Origin: a virus
Taxonomy: Duplodnaviria; Heunggongvirae; Uroviricota; Caudoviricetes
DNA: 52,096 nucleotides
Strand: one strand, 5' to 3'
IMG/VR virus record: IMGVR_UViG_3300033463_000001
Location: 275,298 to 327,393 of that record
Below, in pieces: positions 37,974-46,761 of this stretch. Position 1 is the first letter of the stretch; each line of letters begins with the position of its first letter. Below the pieces are notes generated by a model, which was given only the letters and a program-made list of their open reading frames with translations, was not told where the DNA came from and did not search any database. The position numbers and the translations under genes were made by a program.

Positions 37974-38414
37974 ATGGAAGCATTCTATTATTACGTAGTC
38001 AACATCAATCTAGTCATTGAGAAAAAGACGCACGAGAAAAAAACAAATCGTTTTCTTGAAGCTAGAACGTATACTGAACCGATTGGCTCAATGGATTCAA
38101 TCTTCAACCTCGACACTGAGAAACAGGTGATTCAATTGGCGCATGCACAATACGTTAGCCAGCGTGAAGCTAGCGAGCATATCAATAGTTTCATGGAAAC
38201 GATGAAGAACACGTGCCAGATACATTTTGAAAAAGAAGCTCCGTATGGCTCCAACACAGAGAACTACACCGGTTGTATTCCTACCTACAATACTGAAATA
38301 ACATCGCTCAAGTACGAAGTAACGTTAACCCACAACGGCGTCGAAACGTACGAGAACTTCGACGAGTTTAAAACAGAAAAGAAAAAATGCGAAAAGAACT
38401 TTCTTGCGGGATAA
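37974..38414 (+). CDS. hypothetical protein
   Basis: 146-aa ORF. Confidence 0.6.
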   Translation: MEAFYYYVVNINLVIEKKTHEKKTNRFLEARTYTEPIGSMDSIFNLDTEKQVIQLAHAQYVSQREASEHINSFMETMKNTCQIHFEKEAPYGSNTENYTGCIPTYNTEITSLKYEVTLTHNGVETYENFDEFKTEKKKCEKNFLAG

Positions 38415-38836
38415 TAATCGATACAGAAAACGGCCTTTTGGCGATGCTGCCTTATGGACGCCTCAAGGATGCCTTTCATAACTATGACCTTGCAAAAGGG
38501 CATATAGAGGAAGGCGAAACGCCAATGGAATGTGCTCTGCGTGAGTTGCAGGAGGAATCCGGCATTGTTTTAAGCGATGAGCAAAAGCAATCACTTGTTG
38601 ACCTTGGTGTACACAAATATATTACCAAAAAAGACCTACATCTGTTCTACCTTTCAACGGAAATTGCAAAAGACTTCCAATTCAAGTGCAGTACGAATTT
38701 CGCATTGAGCGATGGTCGTGAACGTCCGGAGATGATAGGATACAGGTGGGTGCACGATTTAAGATACTATTTCCGTAGTATGTGCGCGACATTATCGAAT
38801 ATACCGCAGTTGGCGAAGTATAAAGTCGGTGACTAA
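38387..38836 (+). CDS. Nudix hydrolase
   Basis: Complete Nudix box GHIEEGETPMECALRELQEESG. Confidence 0.9.
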   Translation: MRKELSCGIIIDTENGLLAMLPYGRLKDAFHNYDLAKGHIEEGETPMECALRELQEESGIVLSDEQKQSLVDLGVHKYITKKDLHLFYLSTEIAKDFQFKCSTNFALSDGRERPEMIGYRWVHDLRYYFRSMCATLSNIPQLAKYKVGD

Positions 38837-38839
38837 AAG

Positions 38840-38870
38840 AAAAGAGCTAAGGTATTCCCTAGCTCTTTTT
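38840..38870. terminator. bidirectional terminator
   Basis: AAAAGAGCTA...TAGCTCTTTT between convergent genes. Confidence 0.75.
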
Positions 38871-38871
38871 G

Positions 38872-39012
38872 TTACCGACCCTGTCCACGGTAGGGTTTCT
38901 TGTAGAGTTTAGAAGTCTTCAGCTTTGAAGTTTTCTTCTTTGCATGCACACCAGGCCTTGAAATGTGGATGTTCAATGGTGCGCTGACTGTTTTTGTTTG
39001 TGCTTTTGCCAT
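38872..39012 (-). CDS. small basic protein (46 aa, ...RPGVHAKKKTSK...YRGQGR)
   Basis: Hand translation; Lys-rich; bounded by late-type motif and terminator. Confidence 0.75.
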   Translation of the reverse strand: MAKAQTKTVSAPLNIHISRPGVHAKKKTSKLKTSKLYKKPYRGQGR

Positions 39013-39132
39013 ATTGTTAGTGTTTTATGTTTTTTTGTTGTGCTAGTGCGTTATAATGCGAGGAATAAACCCACAAAGTACACGGGCAATGGATTCTTCG
39101 ACTATGTTGTGCAAATAATCACTATACACTAA

Positions 39133-39142
39133 CAATAAATAC
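39133..39142 (-). promoter_or_regulatory. putative late promoter motif GTATTTATTG
   Basis: Minus strand, upstream of small basic gene, divergent from clpP promoter. Confidence 0.55.
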
Positions 39143-39169
39143 AAAAATGGTTTGTTTATCGCGAAAATG

Positions 39170-39181
39170 GGACTATATTAG
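39170..39181 (+). promoter_or_regulatory. phage promoter motif GGACTATATTAG
   Basis: Exact motif upstream of ATG 39217. Confidence 0.75.
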
Positions 39182-39216
39182 TAACGAATAACAAGTAGAA
39201 ACACTTTTTAAGATAT

Positions 39217-39894
39217 ATGAAAACAACACAAAATGATTTTCTGAGGTTTGCAGCAGACATTCCAGGAGTAAGCAGAGCGGCTCTCGATAAGCAAATCAAG
39301 AACTATCAATCACCGATGGTTATCGAGGAGAGGCCGATGAACATGACTCAGTTAGATGTATTCAGCCGCCTCATGAATGACCGAATCATTTTCCTCGGAA
39401 CCGAAATTGATGCAGACACTGCCAATATCGTAATGGCACAACTTCTGTTCTTGAACAACATTGACAAAGAGAGACCGATTAACCTCTACCTGAATACCCC
39501 CGGAGGTTCTGTATATGATGGCCTTGGCATCTACGACACGATGAACAACATCGACTGCCCGGTATACACTACTTGTACGGCAAAAGCAATGAGCATGGGT
39601 GCCGTTCTATTGATTGGTGGCGAAAAAGGCCACAGAAGTGCTCTGCCACATAGCCGGATTATGATACACCAGCCAAGTTGCAATATGGGATACAATACCT
39701 ATGCCAACCACGAGATTGAGCTGAAAGAGATGAACGCGCTGCGTAATGAGCTCTATCAAATCATGGCAGACCATAGTGGAAATTCTTTCAAAGACCTTGA
39801 GAAGTGGTGTGCAATCAATAATTACATGTCTCCGGAAGAGGCACTTGCGAAGGGATTCATTGATAAGGTGACTAACATTAACCGAAATGAGTGA
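39217..39894 (+). CDS. clpP: ClpP protease subunit (catalytic Asp apparently replaced by Asn)
   Basis: DVFSRLMNDRIIFLG, LYLNTPGGSV, AMSMG (Ser), IMIHQP (His), ..AINNYMSPEEA. Confidence 0.92.
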   Translation: MKTTQNDFLRFAADIPGVSRAALDKQIKNYQSPMVIEERPMNMTQLDVFSRLMNDRIIFLGTEIDADTANIVMAQLLFLNNIDKERPINLYLNTPGGSVYDGLGIYDTMNNIDCPVYTTCTAKAMSMGAVLLIGGEKGHRSALPHSRIMIHQPSCNMGYNTYANHEIELKEMNALRNELYQIMADHSGNSFKDLEKWCAINNYMSPEEALAKGFIDKVTNINRNE

Positions 39895-40804
39895 AATAGC
39901 TCTCATTGAAAAAATCAAGCAGTACAATAAGCCGCACTGTTACCAATACCAGAAACGTCTTGATACATACGAAGAGGACAAAGAACGTCTTGGATGGGAT
40001 GACGAGTTCATTGCGAACATCAACCTTGATGATTTCCAATTTGCCTACATCGAAAGCAAGCAAGACAAGGAATTGGCTACTGCGTTTATTAAACGATATG
40101 AGTGGCTTGGTACCGTCGCACCATACGTAACACACTGGTTCACAGCTACTTATAAAGGCGAACTTGGCGGTGTGATTATGATGGCAATGCCAACTGCGTT
40201 CAGCAAACTGCTTGGTGAGAACACGAAATCGGTTGAACGCCTAATAGGTAGAGGAGCCTCAGCATCATGGGCGCCAAAGAATCTTGGCAGTAAATTCCTG
40301 AAATGGTGTATCGACTGGATGGTTAAGAACACACAGTACAGGTTATTCACATGCTACAGTGATGTCCAGGCCGGTGAGATTGGACAAATCTATCAGAGTT
40401 TGAACTTCTACTGTCTTGGTCAAGGTGCCGGAACTAATATCAGATGCATCAATCCGTATAATCCAGATAAACTCATCACCGATAGAACGTTCAGGTCGAG
40501 AAGTTTCTACAAGCGATATGCTAAAGACCTCGGCATTGAGTGGCATAAGGAGTGGAATAGTGACCAGATTGTACATTGGGAGTTAATCCCGGATGATGTG
40601 GAAGAGAGGCTGCGTGCCTATTCTAAGGAAATGTACAAAAAGGCAGTTAAAATAGAGTTTCCATCAAAGTGGAAATACGCCTACGTACAAGGCCGAACCA
40701 AGACCGAAACACGTGAATTAAGGAAACTGTTCGAGTCGTTGAACAAGACGGTTCCATACCCAAAACGAAATAAAGAAACAAACAATAATGAAAGTAAGGA
40801 TTAA
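39887..40804 (+). CDS. Mom-like (GNAT-fold) putative DNA-modification protein
   Basis: FIKRYEWLG, GVIMM, RGASASWAPKNLGSKF, TCYSDVQAGEIGQIYQSLNFYCLG resembles Mom-family SYAD...H.G.IYQA.N..Y.G. Confidence 0.65.
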   Translation: MSEIALIEKIKQYNKPHCYQYQKRLDTYEEDKERLGWDDEFIANINLDDFQFAYIESKQDKELATAFIKRYEWLGTVAPYVTHWFTATYKGELGGVIMMAMPTAFSKLLGENTKSVERLIGRGASASWAPKNLGSKFLKWCIDWMVKNTQYRLFTCYSDVQAGEIGQIYQSLNFYCLGQGAGTNIRCINPYNPDKLITDRTFRSRSFYKRYAKDLGIEWHKEWNSDQIVHWELIPDDVEERLRAYSKEMYKKAVKIEFPSKWKYAYVQGRTKTETRELRKLFESLNKTVPYPKRNKETNNNESKD

Positions 40805-41258
40805 GAAGTTGCACCCGGATGCAAAGATGCCGGTGAAGAAACACGATAATGACTTCTGCTACGATGTATATGCAGTAAGTAAAGAAGAGTTGGTACCAGG
40901 AGTTACGCGCTACCACACTGGTATCGCCATGGAACTCGTTCCTGAGACGGAACAAGAGCGCGAACTTGCTGAGAAGTATATCATCGACATTGATGCCCGC
41001 CCAAGAAGTTCTGTATGGGAGACCGGTCAGATACTAAGCAATTGTGAAGGTACAATCGACAATGGTTATCGAGGTGAGATTATGGCTGTGTTCTACACGG
41101 TTATTCCTGGTATGAAACAGTACGAACCAGGAGAACGCATCTTTCAAATCAAACTTGGTTTCACATTACCGTTTAACTTCGAGTTCGTAGAGGAGTTAGG
41201 AGACACCTCTCGTGGTGGCGACGGATTTGGAAAAAGTGGACGTAAAGAGATACAATAA
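40788..41258 (+). CDS. dut: trimeric dUTPase
   Basis: RPRSS, GTIDNGYRGEI, RIFQ, RGGDGFGKSG motifs. Confidence 0.9.
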   Translation: MKVRIKKLHPDAKMPVKKHDNDFCYDVYAVSKEELVPGVTRYHTGIAMELVPETEQERELAEKYIIDIDARPRSSVWETGQILSNCEGTIDNGYRGEIMAVFYTVIPGMKQYEPGERIFQIKLGFTLPFNFEFVEELGDTSRGGDGFGKSGRKEIQ

Positions 41259-41268
41259 TTTATCAGTT

Positions 41269-41874
41269 ATGACAAATAGTGAAAAAATTTCGTATGCGCT
41301 TGGTATCAGCATGGCGCAACAGATGATTCGTAGTGGAATCTACGAGGCTGATTACAAAATTCTCGCAGAAGCAATTGAGGATATGCTAAAAAACAAAGAG
41401 CCTAAGCTGCCAATGCAAGAGGCTGCTGTTATCCTGAATGACTTCATCAACCAGAAAGAGGTAGAGATGGCCAAGATGAACAAAGACGTTGCTGACAGGT
41501 TCCTTGAAGGTAATAAATCAATGCCTGGCATCCAGACGACAGCATCCGGTCTGCAGTACAAGGTTGATTTCGAGTCTGAGAACGAAAACGCAAAGCGCCC
41601 GAAAGCAACTGATGAAGTTGAGGTTAAGTATCGCGGCAAGTTCTTGAGCGGTGAAATTTTTAACGACACAGAGGCTAAAGGCCACACCGTTACGTTCCCG
41701 CTTGCGCAGGTAATCCAAGGATGGACTGAAGGTCTGCAGTTGATGAAAGAAGGTGATAAGTTCACGTTCTATGTACCGTACAATTTGGCATATGGTGCTG
41801 CAGGAAATGACGTCATTCCTCCATTCTCAGCGTTGATTTTCGAGATTGAACTTGTTAAGGTTCTTGAGAAATAA
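41269..41874 (+). CDS. FKBP-type peptidyl-prolyl isomerase (FklB/Mip-like)
   Basis: SYALGI N-domain, TTASGLQYKV, VIQGWTEGLQLM, LAYG, IPPFSALIFEIEL. Confidence 0.92.
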   Translation: MTNSEKISYALGISMAQQMIRSGIYEADYKILAEAIEDMLKNKEPKLPMQEAAVILNDFINQKEVEMAKMNKDVADRFLEGNKSMPGIQTTASGLQYKVDFESENENAKRPKATDEVEVKYRGKFLSGEIFNDTEAKGHTVTFPLAQVIQGWTEGLQLMKEGDKFTFYVPYNLAYGAAGNDVIPPFSALIFEIELVKVLEK

Positions 41875-41885
41875 GATTGTGTGTT

Positions 41886-42353
41886 ATGGATATCGAACTG
41901 AAAACACAATGGCGCAGGCTTTGTAATCAATACCTGCAAGAGTTCGTTGAAAAACACGAAATAACACTTGAGCCATATCCGTGGGTTGCTGACAATCCTG
42001 GTACGGTTGCTATGCTTGGCGATTACTTCGTTAGCATGGAAAATATCCGGTACGATATTGACAATAACATTCCTGTAGGATGGTTCGAGGAGTGGTACGA
42101 CAAACATACAGAGTACACGTCTCTCGAATTGAAATACATGAATTTCGAAACATACTGCAAGAAGTGTCCAGACCCGTACACTCCGGAGCAAATCGAGAAA
42201 ATCAGAGAAGGCAAGCGTAAAATTGACGAACTCAATGCTGAGATGATTCAGTCTATAAAAGACGCCAACGACGATTACGATAAAAAGATGTCTGAATATG
42301 GAGAAAAAGAAGTCAAAACTACTGCTGTGGCTCCAAATCCATGTCATTTCTAG
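41886..42353 (+). CDS. hypothetical protein
   Basis: ORF; start set at ATG 41886. Confidence 0.7.
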   Translation: MDIELKTQWRRLCNQYLQEFVEKHEITLEPYPWVADNPGTVAMLGDYFVSMENIRYDIDNNIPVGWFEEWYDKHTEYTSLELKYMNFETYCKKCPDPYTPEQIEKIREGKRKIDELNAEMIQSIKDANDDYDKKMSEYGEKEVKTTAVAPNPCHF

Positions 42354-42999
42354 GATTCCGCTTCGAGTATATCAGTCAGCAAAAGACATATTCGTAAAAC
42401 CAAAAGCAAAGTTCTACGCCCATCGTAGGGAGTATAGTAACAGTCACTGGGTTATACATATGCCTGGAAGCGAGTATCATTGGGAACGTGGTGTTGGTGG
42501 CGGCTACCGGTTCAAAGACAGGGTACAGCGCGTACTACAAACGTTACACATGACATGGCTCCGTCCTACCTATGACCTTCCGTCGTGGTTTTACATCCAC
42601 TTTGAAATGGATGACCTTGGCTGGAAAACGAAGTGGTGGGAATATAGATTCGAGACGCGCCCGTATATTTCCTTTACTTTCTTCTTGTGGGAGTTCGAAA
42701 TTATATGGCACGCTCCGGTTAATACTCGCGGAGAGGTAGAAGACTCATTCTATTGGGAATCACTTATGGAATTCATCTGGTGTGATGACTATGTGAAACA
42801 CAAGAAACCAATAGACGAAATCCTTCGCGAGTTAACGATACGTCTCGGCAGGTGGTCAAATGGTGGAGGATGGCAGATGGATGCTAACTACGTCAAGCCA
42901 CCATATGACGAACTTATAGCAAAAGTATGTAAAGAACAAGACGAAAAATTAGATAAAGGAACAGGTTACTATGAGCCAGATATTCTCAAAATCGAATAA
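42298..42999 (+). CDS. hypothetical Trp/aromatic-rich protein
   Basis: 233-aa ORF. Confidence 0.65.
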   Translation: MEKKKSKLLLWLQIHVISRIPLRVYQSAKDIFVKPKAKFYAHRREYSNSHWVIHMPGSEYHWERGVGGGYRFKDRVQRVLQTLHMTWLRPTYDLPSWFYIHFEMDDLGWKTKWWEYRFETRPYISFTFFLWEFEIIWHAPVNTRGEVEDSFYWESLMEFIWCDDYVKHKKPIDEILRELTIRLGRWSNGGGWQMDANYVKPPYDELIAKVCKEQDEKLDKGTGYYEPDILKIE

Positions 43000-44521
43000 A
43001 TTTAAGCAGGAGTACTGCTGTACGATTGTTAGGTTGGGTGAAATCCTGCCTATCGAAGGAAAAGATGTTATCGGTCAAACCATTGTCGATAACTACACCA
43101 TGATTGTTAACAAGCGCGAATGCCATGAAGGCGACATTATGTTCTACGCTGCTAATGAGTCCGAGTTGAACGCGGAGTTCCTTTCAAAGAACAGTCTCTA
43201 CGAGATTGGTGAGTATATGCGCAACGCCAACTGTGAAGAGGTACGCAAACTCAAAGCCGAAGGTAAGGACGACGAAGCAAAACGCATGGTTGGCTTCTTC
43301 AACAAGTATGGCCGGGTTAAGACGTTGCGTCTCGGTGGTGTGTCATCATACGGTTTCCTCTTCACGCAGGAGACTGCAGCACGCTGGAAACCTGAGTTGG
43401 CTAACATTAACCTTGAAGACTACATCGGAGAGGAGTTTGACACTATATGTGATGAGTTATTCATCAAGGGATACGTTCCTCGCTTCCAAAACAACGGTGG
43501 CCGTCGTGGTAATGGCCGCGCAAAACGGCGTCTAAAAAATGAGGCAAAAATTGAGCGTATTGAGGCTGGCCAGTTTGCATATCATTACGACACTGCACCG
43601 GTACAGCGCAACATGAATGTATTCAATCCAGAAGACATCGTGGACATTTCTATTAAGTGCGATGGTACGTCGTTTATCATGGGCAACCTAAAGGTACGCC
43701 AGCCACAGGTATGGCAGACTGGAATCCAGTGGATTGATGACTTGCTGATTCGACTGTACCTCAAGTTGCCGGAGAAATGGCAGAAGTGGGATGAGCACTA
43801 CGAGGATGTCTATTCATCACGTAACAAAATCCGTAGCGGTAACGAGTTCTTTACGGCAAAGAATAATTTCAAGCGCGAGCTTCCTCAAAACAAGGAAGAC
43901 TACCCTGTAGGTCTTGATATCATGTATCCGTACTACGGCGAACTGTTGAAGGGTAAAATCCCGTCAGGTTACACTATCTACGGTGAGATTGTTGGATACA
44001 TAACAGGCACTAACACGGGTATTATCACTCGTGGTGGTAAGGTTTACGACTATGGCTGTGAGGTTGGTAAGAATAAGCTGATGCTTTACCGTGTTACATC
44101 TAAACACATGGATGGCTCTACATATGAGTTCAATGTCCAGGATGTTGTTGGATTTAGCCGAATGCTTGTTAAGCAATATCCGGAACTGAAGGATTACATC
44201 ATGGAGCTACCAATCGTTTACCACGGAACACTGCGCGACTTGTATCCTGAATTGGATATCGAGAATCATTGGCACGAGAACCTATTTGCTGCCATGAAGA
44301 ACGACACCGTTCATTTCGGTATGGAGCAAAAAGAGCCGTTGTGTAAAAATAGTGTATGGCGCGAGGGTGTTGTCATCCGTATTGAAGATGATATCCTCAA
44401 CGAGGCGTTCAAGCTCAAAGCTGAGAAATACCTGCATCAGGAGGCTGATGATATCAGTAAGGGTATCGTTACCGGTGACCTGCTTGAAGGATATGGCGAA
44501 GGCGAGGATGCTGAAGCATAA
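42971..44521 (+). CDS. ATP-dependent RNA ligase with N-terminal OB-like domain
   Basis: Motif I KCDGTS, III YGEIVG, IV REGVVIR, V FKLK. Confidence 0.8.
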   Translation: MSQIFSKSNKFKQEYCCTIVRLGEILPIEGKDVIGQTIVDNYTMIVNKRECHEGDIMFYAANESELNAEFLSKNSLYEIGEYMRNANCEEVRKLKAEGKDDEAKRMVGFFNKYGRVKTLRLGGVSSYGFLFTQETAARWKPELANINLEDYIGEEFDTICDELFIKGYVPRFQNNGGRRGNGRAKRRLKNEAKIERIEAGQFAYHYDTAPVQRNMNVFNPEDIVDISIKCDGTSFIMGNLKVRQPQVWQTGIQWIDDLLIRLYLKLPEKWQKWDEHYEDVYSSRNKIRSGNEFFTAKNNFKRELPQNKEDYPVGLDIMYPYYGELLKGKIPSGYTIYGEIVGYITGTNTGIITRGGKVYDYGCEVGKNKLMLYRVTSKHMDGSTYEFNVQDVVGFSRMLVKQYPELKDYIMELPIVYHGTLRDLYPELDIENHWHENLFAAMKNDTVHFGMEQKEPLCKNSVWREGVVIRIEDDILNEAFKLKAEKYLHQEADDISKGIVTGDLLEGYGEGEDAEA

Positions 44522-44535
44522 ATTAATGAATAAAA

Positions 44536-45477
44536 ATGGAGAAGAAAACCGAACAGAAAGGAAGTCCCGGCAAAATTCTTATCTTGCAGGGACCTCCTGC
44601 CTCCGGGAAATCGACGTACGCAAAATCACTTGTTGCGAAAGACTCAAGCAAATATGTGATTGTTTGCCGGGATGATTTTCGCGAATGCACCGGAGAGTAC
44701 AATATGAAGCACGAGGACTATATAACAGTTCTCGAAGACACAGCAGTAAGAACTGCATTGAAGCAAGGATTGGTTCCGATTATCGACGCTACTAATCTTA
44801 ATCCAAAGTATCTTGGCCGCTGGCAAACAATAGCTGATGAATGTGGTGCCACAATCGAGTATAAAGAGTTCTACGTCCCGTTTGCTGAGGCAGTTGAACG
44901 CGACAAGAAACGCGGCGAGCAAGGCGGTAGGAGTGTTGGTGTGTCTGTACTAAAGCGCTTCTATAAGAACTACTATCTCGACAAGTACCTTGAAGAGACC
45001 GGAAAATTCGTTAATTACAAGGTTGTAGATTACAACTATGGCTTGCGCGATACAGTGGTATTTGATATCGACGGTACCACCGCGTGGATGCAGGGGCGTA
45101 ATCCTTATGATTTAACACGCGTAAAAGAAGATAAGCCGGATGTACGTATTATCCGACTGATTAAATTCTTCATCAACAAAGGAATGTGCGTTCATTTCCT
45201 TTCCGGACGAGAAGGTACCGAGCAGTGTAGGAAAGATACTTACGAATGGCTACGCAATGCGCTTGGCCTTCGCCAGAATGATGAGGATTGCTTCATTGTA
45301 TATATGCGTCCCGCAGGAGATATGCGTCCTGACGAAATTATTAAGAGTGAGATATACGAATCAAAGCTCAAAAACAAATACAACGTGCTTGCTGTTTTTG
45401 ACGACCGCAACAAAGTTGTAAATATGTGGCGAGAGTTAGGAATTCTATGTTGCCAGGTTAATGATGGTGATTTTTAA
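44536..45477 (+). CDS. pseT: polynucleotide 5'-kinase/3'-phosphatase (T4 PseT-like)
   Basis: GPPASGKST P-loop, DATNL, DIDGT HAD motif, FDDR..VV.MWR.LG. Confidence 0.9.
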   Translation: MEKKTEQKGSPGKILILQGPPASGKSTYAKSLVAKDSSKYVIVCRDDFRECTGEYNMKHEDYITVLEDTAVRTALKQGLVPIIDATNLNPKYLGRWQTIADECGATIEYKEFYVPFAEAVERDKKRGEQGGRSVGVSVLKRFYKNYYLDKYLEETGKFVNYKVVDYNYGLRDTVVFDIDGTTAWMQGRNPYDLTRVKEDKPDVRIIRLIKFFINKGMCVHFLSGREGTEQCRKDTYEWLRNALGLRQNDEDCFIVYMRPAGDMRPDEIIKSEIYESKLKNKYNVLAVFDDRNKVVNMWRELGILCCQVNDGDF

Positions 45478-45484
45478 GAAAAAA

Positions 45485-45496
45485 GGACTATATTAA
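45485..45496 (+). promoter_or_regulatory. phage promoter motif GGACTATATTAA
   Basis: Motif upstream of ATG 45515. Confidence 0.72.
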
Positions 45497-45514
45497 CATT
45501 GAAATTCAAAGTAT

Positions 45515-45745
45515 ATGAGTGAAGAACAAACAAAAACAACTATCAACTTGACGGCACCTACACTTTCGTTACTTGGTGTTGCGTTCGTTGTGCTGAAACT
45601 TTGCGATGTTATTCAGTGGAGCTGGTGGTATGTCCTCATGCCGTTCTACCTCCCGATTGGCTTATTGCTGGCGTTTGTAGTGGTGGTGTTCATCATTTAC
45701 GTCATTGCAATCTTAATTGGAGTTATTCATTCTAGTTTACAATAA
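45515..45745 (+). CDS. small membrane protein
   Basis: FVVLKLCDVIQWSWWYVLMP pattern, two TM helices. Confidence 0.75.
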   Translation: MSEEQTKTTINLTAPTLSLLGVAFVVLKLCDVIQWSWWYVLMPFYLPIGLLLAFVVVVFIIYVIAILIGVIHSSLQ

Positions 45746-46761
45746 TGGATGTAAAAGAAACAACAGTACAATATATCAAGCAAGAGCCTGGTATATCCGG
45801 TATGAAACGTGCCATTGAACGCGCGGCACGTATTTGCATGCATTCGCAAGATAAAATGACTGACGATTCCTATAAGGAATTTATTCAGAGGCAGATTCTT
45901 ACCCCAGGTCACGGCCGTGCATTGGAGTTTGGAACATGCTTCTTGAAAGTCCCTGACATGGAACACGAGACGTCTCCTGTTAAGGCGAAGTATAAGAGCG
46001 CGCTTCAACTGTTACTGAATAACGAGTACACGAAAAGCGACTGGAGTCTTGTTGACAACTCGTGGTATATCACTACCAACTATCGCGTCATTATGCAAGG
46101 CTTCGATACGAAGTGGGGTGATGCAATTAGTAGCCACTACGCACACAATATCGAGTACATGCTCAATAAGTATTGGTGCGAACCGACTGAGCGTCACTTC
46201 CACCGGTATCTGGTAGAGTATCATAACGTAGGGCGCGGAGTTGCTGATGAGCTTAGGACTCACACGCATGTATCTACACTGATGCAGTCAACGCGCTATT
46301 GCAAATACTCATCCCCGAAATTCGGTCAACAGCTCGACTATGCATGCACGGAGTGGACTAAGAAACGTGACGTGGATGCCAAAGGGATGGTGAAGTATTT
46401 TAACGAAAACAATTTCAATGGAATCCATGACACTGTAACACGCGAGCAGGTATACTACCTTACGCTTAGGTTCATTGAAGAGGCATACATGGCGTTAACC
46501 GCGAAAGACGATGCAAAATTCTTTGGTGCTAACGTAGAAGGCAAACCTCTGAAGGCCGAAGAGGCGCGCGGCGTACTTTGTCTTGATAAGTCAACAGACA
46601 TGGTTCAATGTGGATTCGTTGATGATTGGGATGACCTCTTCCGTCAGCGCCTCGCGAACGATGCTCATCCGGATGCACAGCACGTAGCAAAGCTTGCGTA
46701 CGATGAGATATCGAAATACTTGAAAGTAGAAAAGCTACATCATGGCAGCAATAATGCATGA
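45745..46761 (+). CDS. thyX: flavin-dependent thymidylate synthase, divergent
   Basis: IERAARIC, GHGRALEFG, (THT)X7STRYC motif, AEEARGVL, AHPDAQ. Confidence 0.85.
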   Translation: MDVKETTVQYIKQEPGISGMKRAIERAARICMHSQDKMTDDSYKEFIQRQILTPGHGRALEFGTCFLKVPDMEHETSPVKAKYKSALQLLLNNEYTKSDWSLVDNSWYITTNYRVIMQGFDTKWGDAISSHYAHNIEYMLNKYWCEPTERHFHRYLVEYHNVGRGVADELRTHTHVSTLMQSTRYCKYSSPKFGQQLDYACTEWTKKRDVDAKGMVKYFNENNFNGIHDTVTREQVYYLTLRFIEEAYMALTAKDDAKFFGANVEGKPLKAEEARGVLCLDKSTDMVQCGFVDDWDDLFRQRLANDAHPDAQHVAKLAYDEISKYLKVEKLHHGSNNA

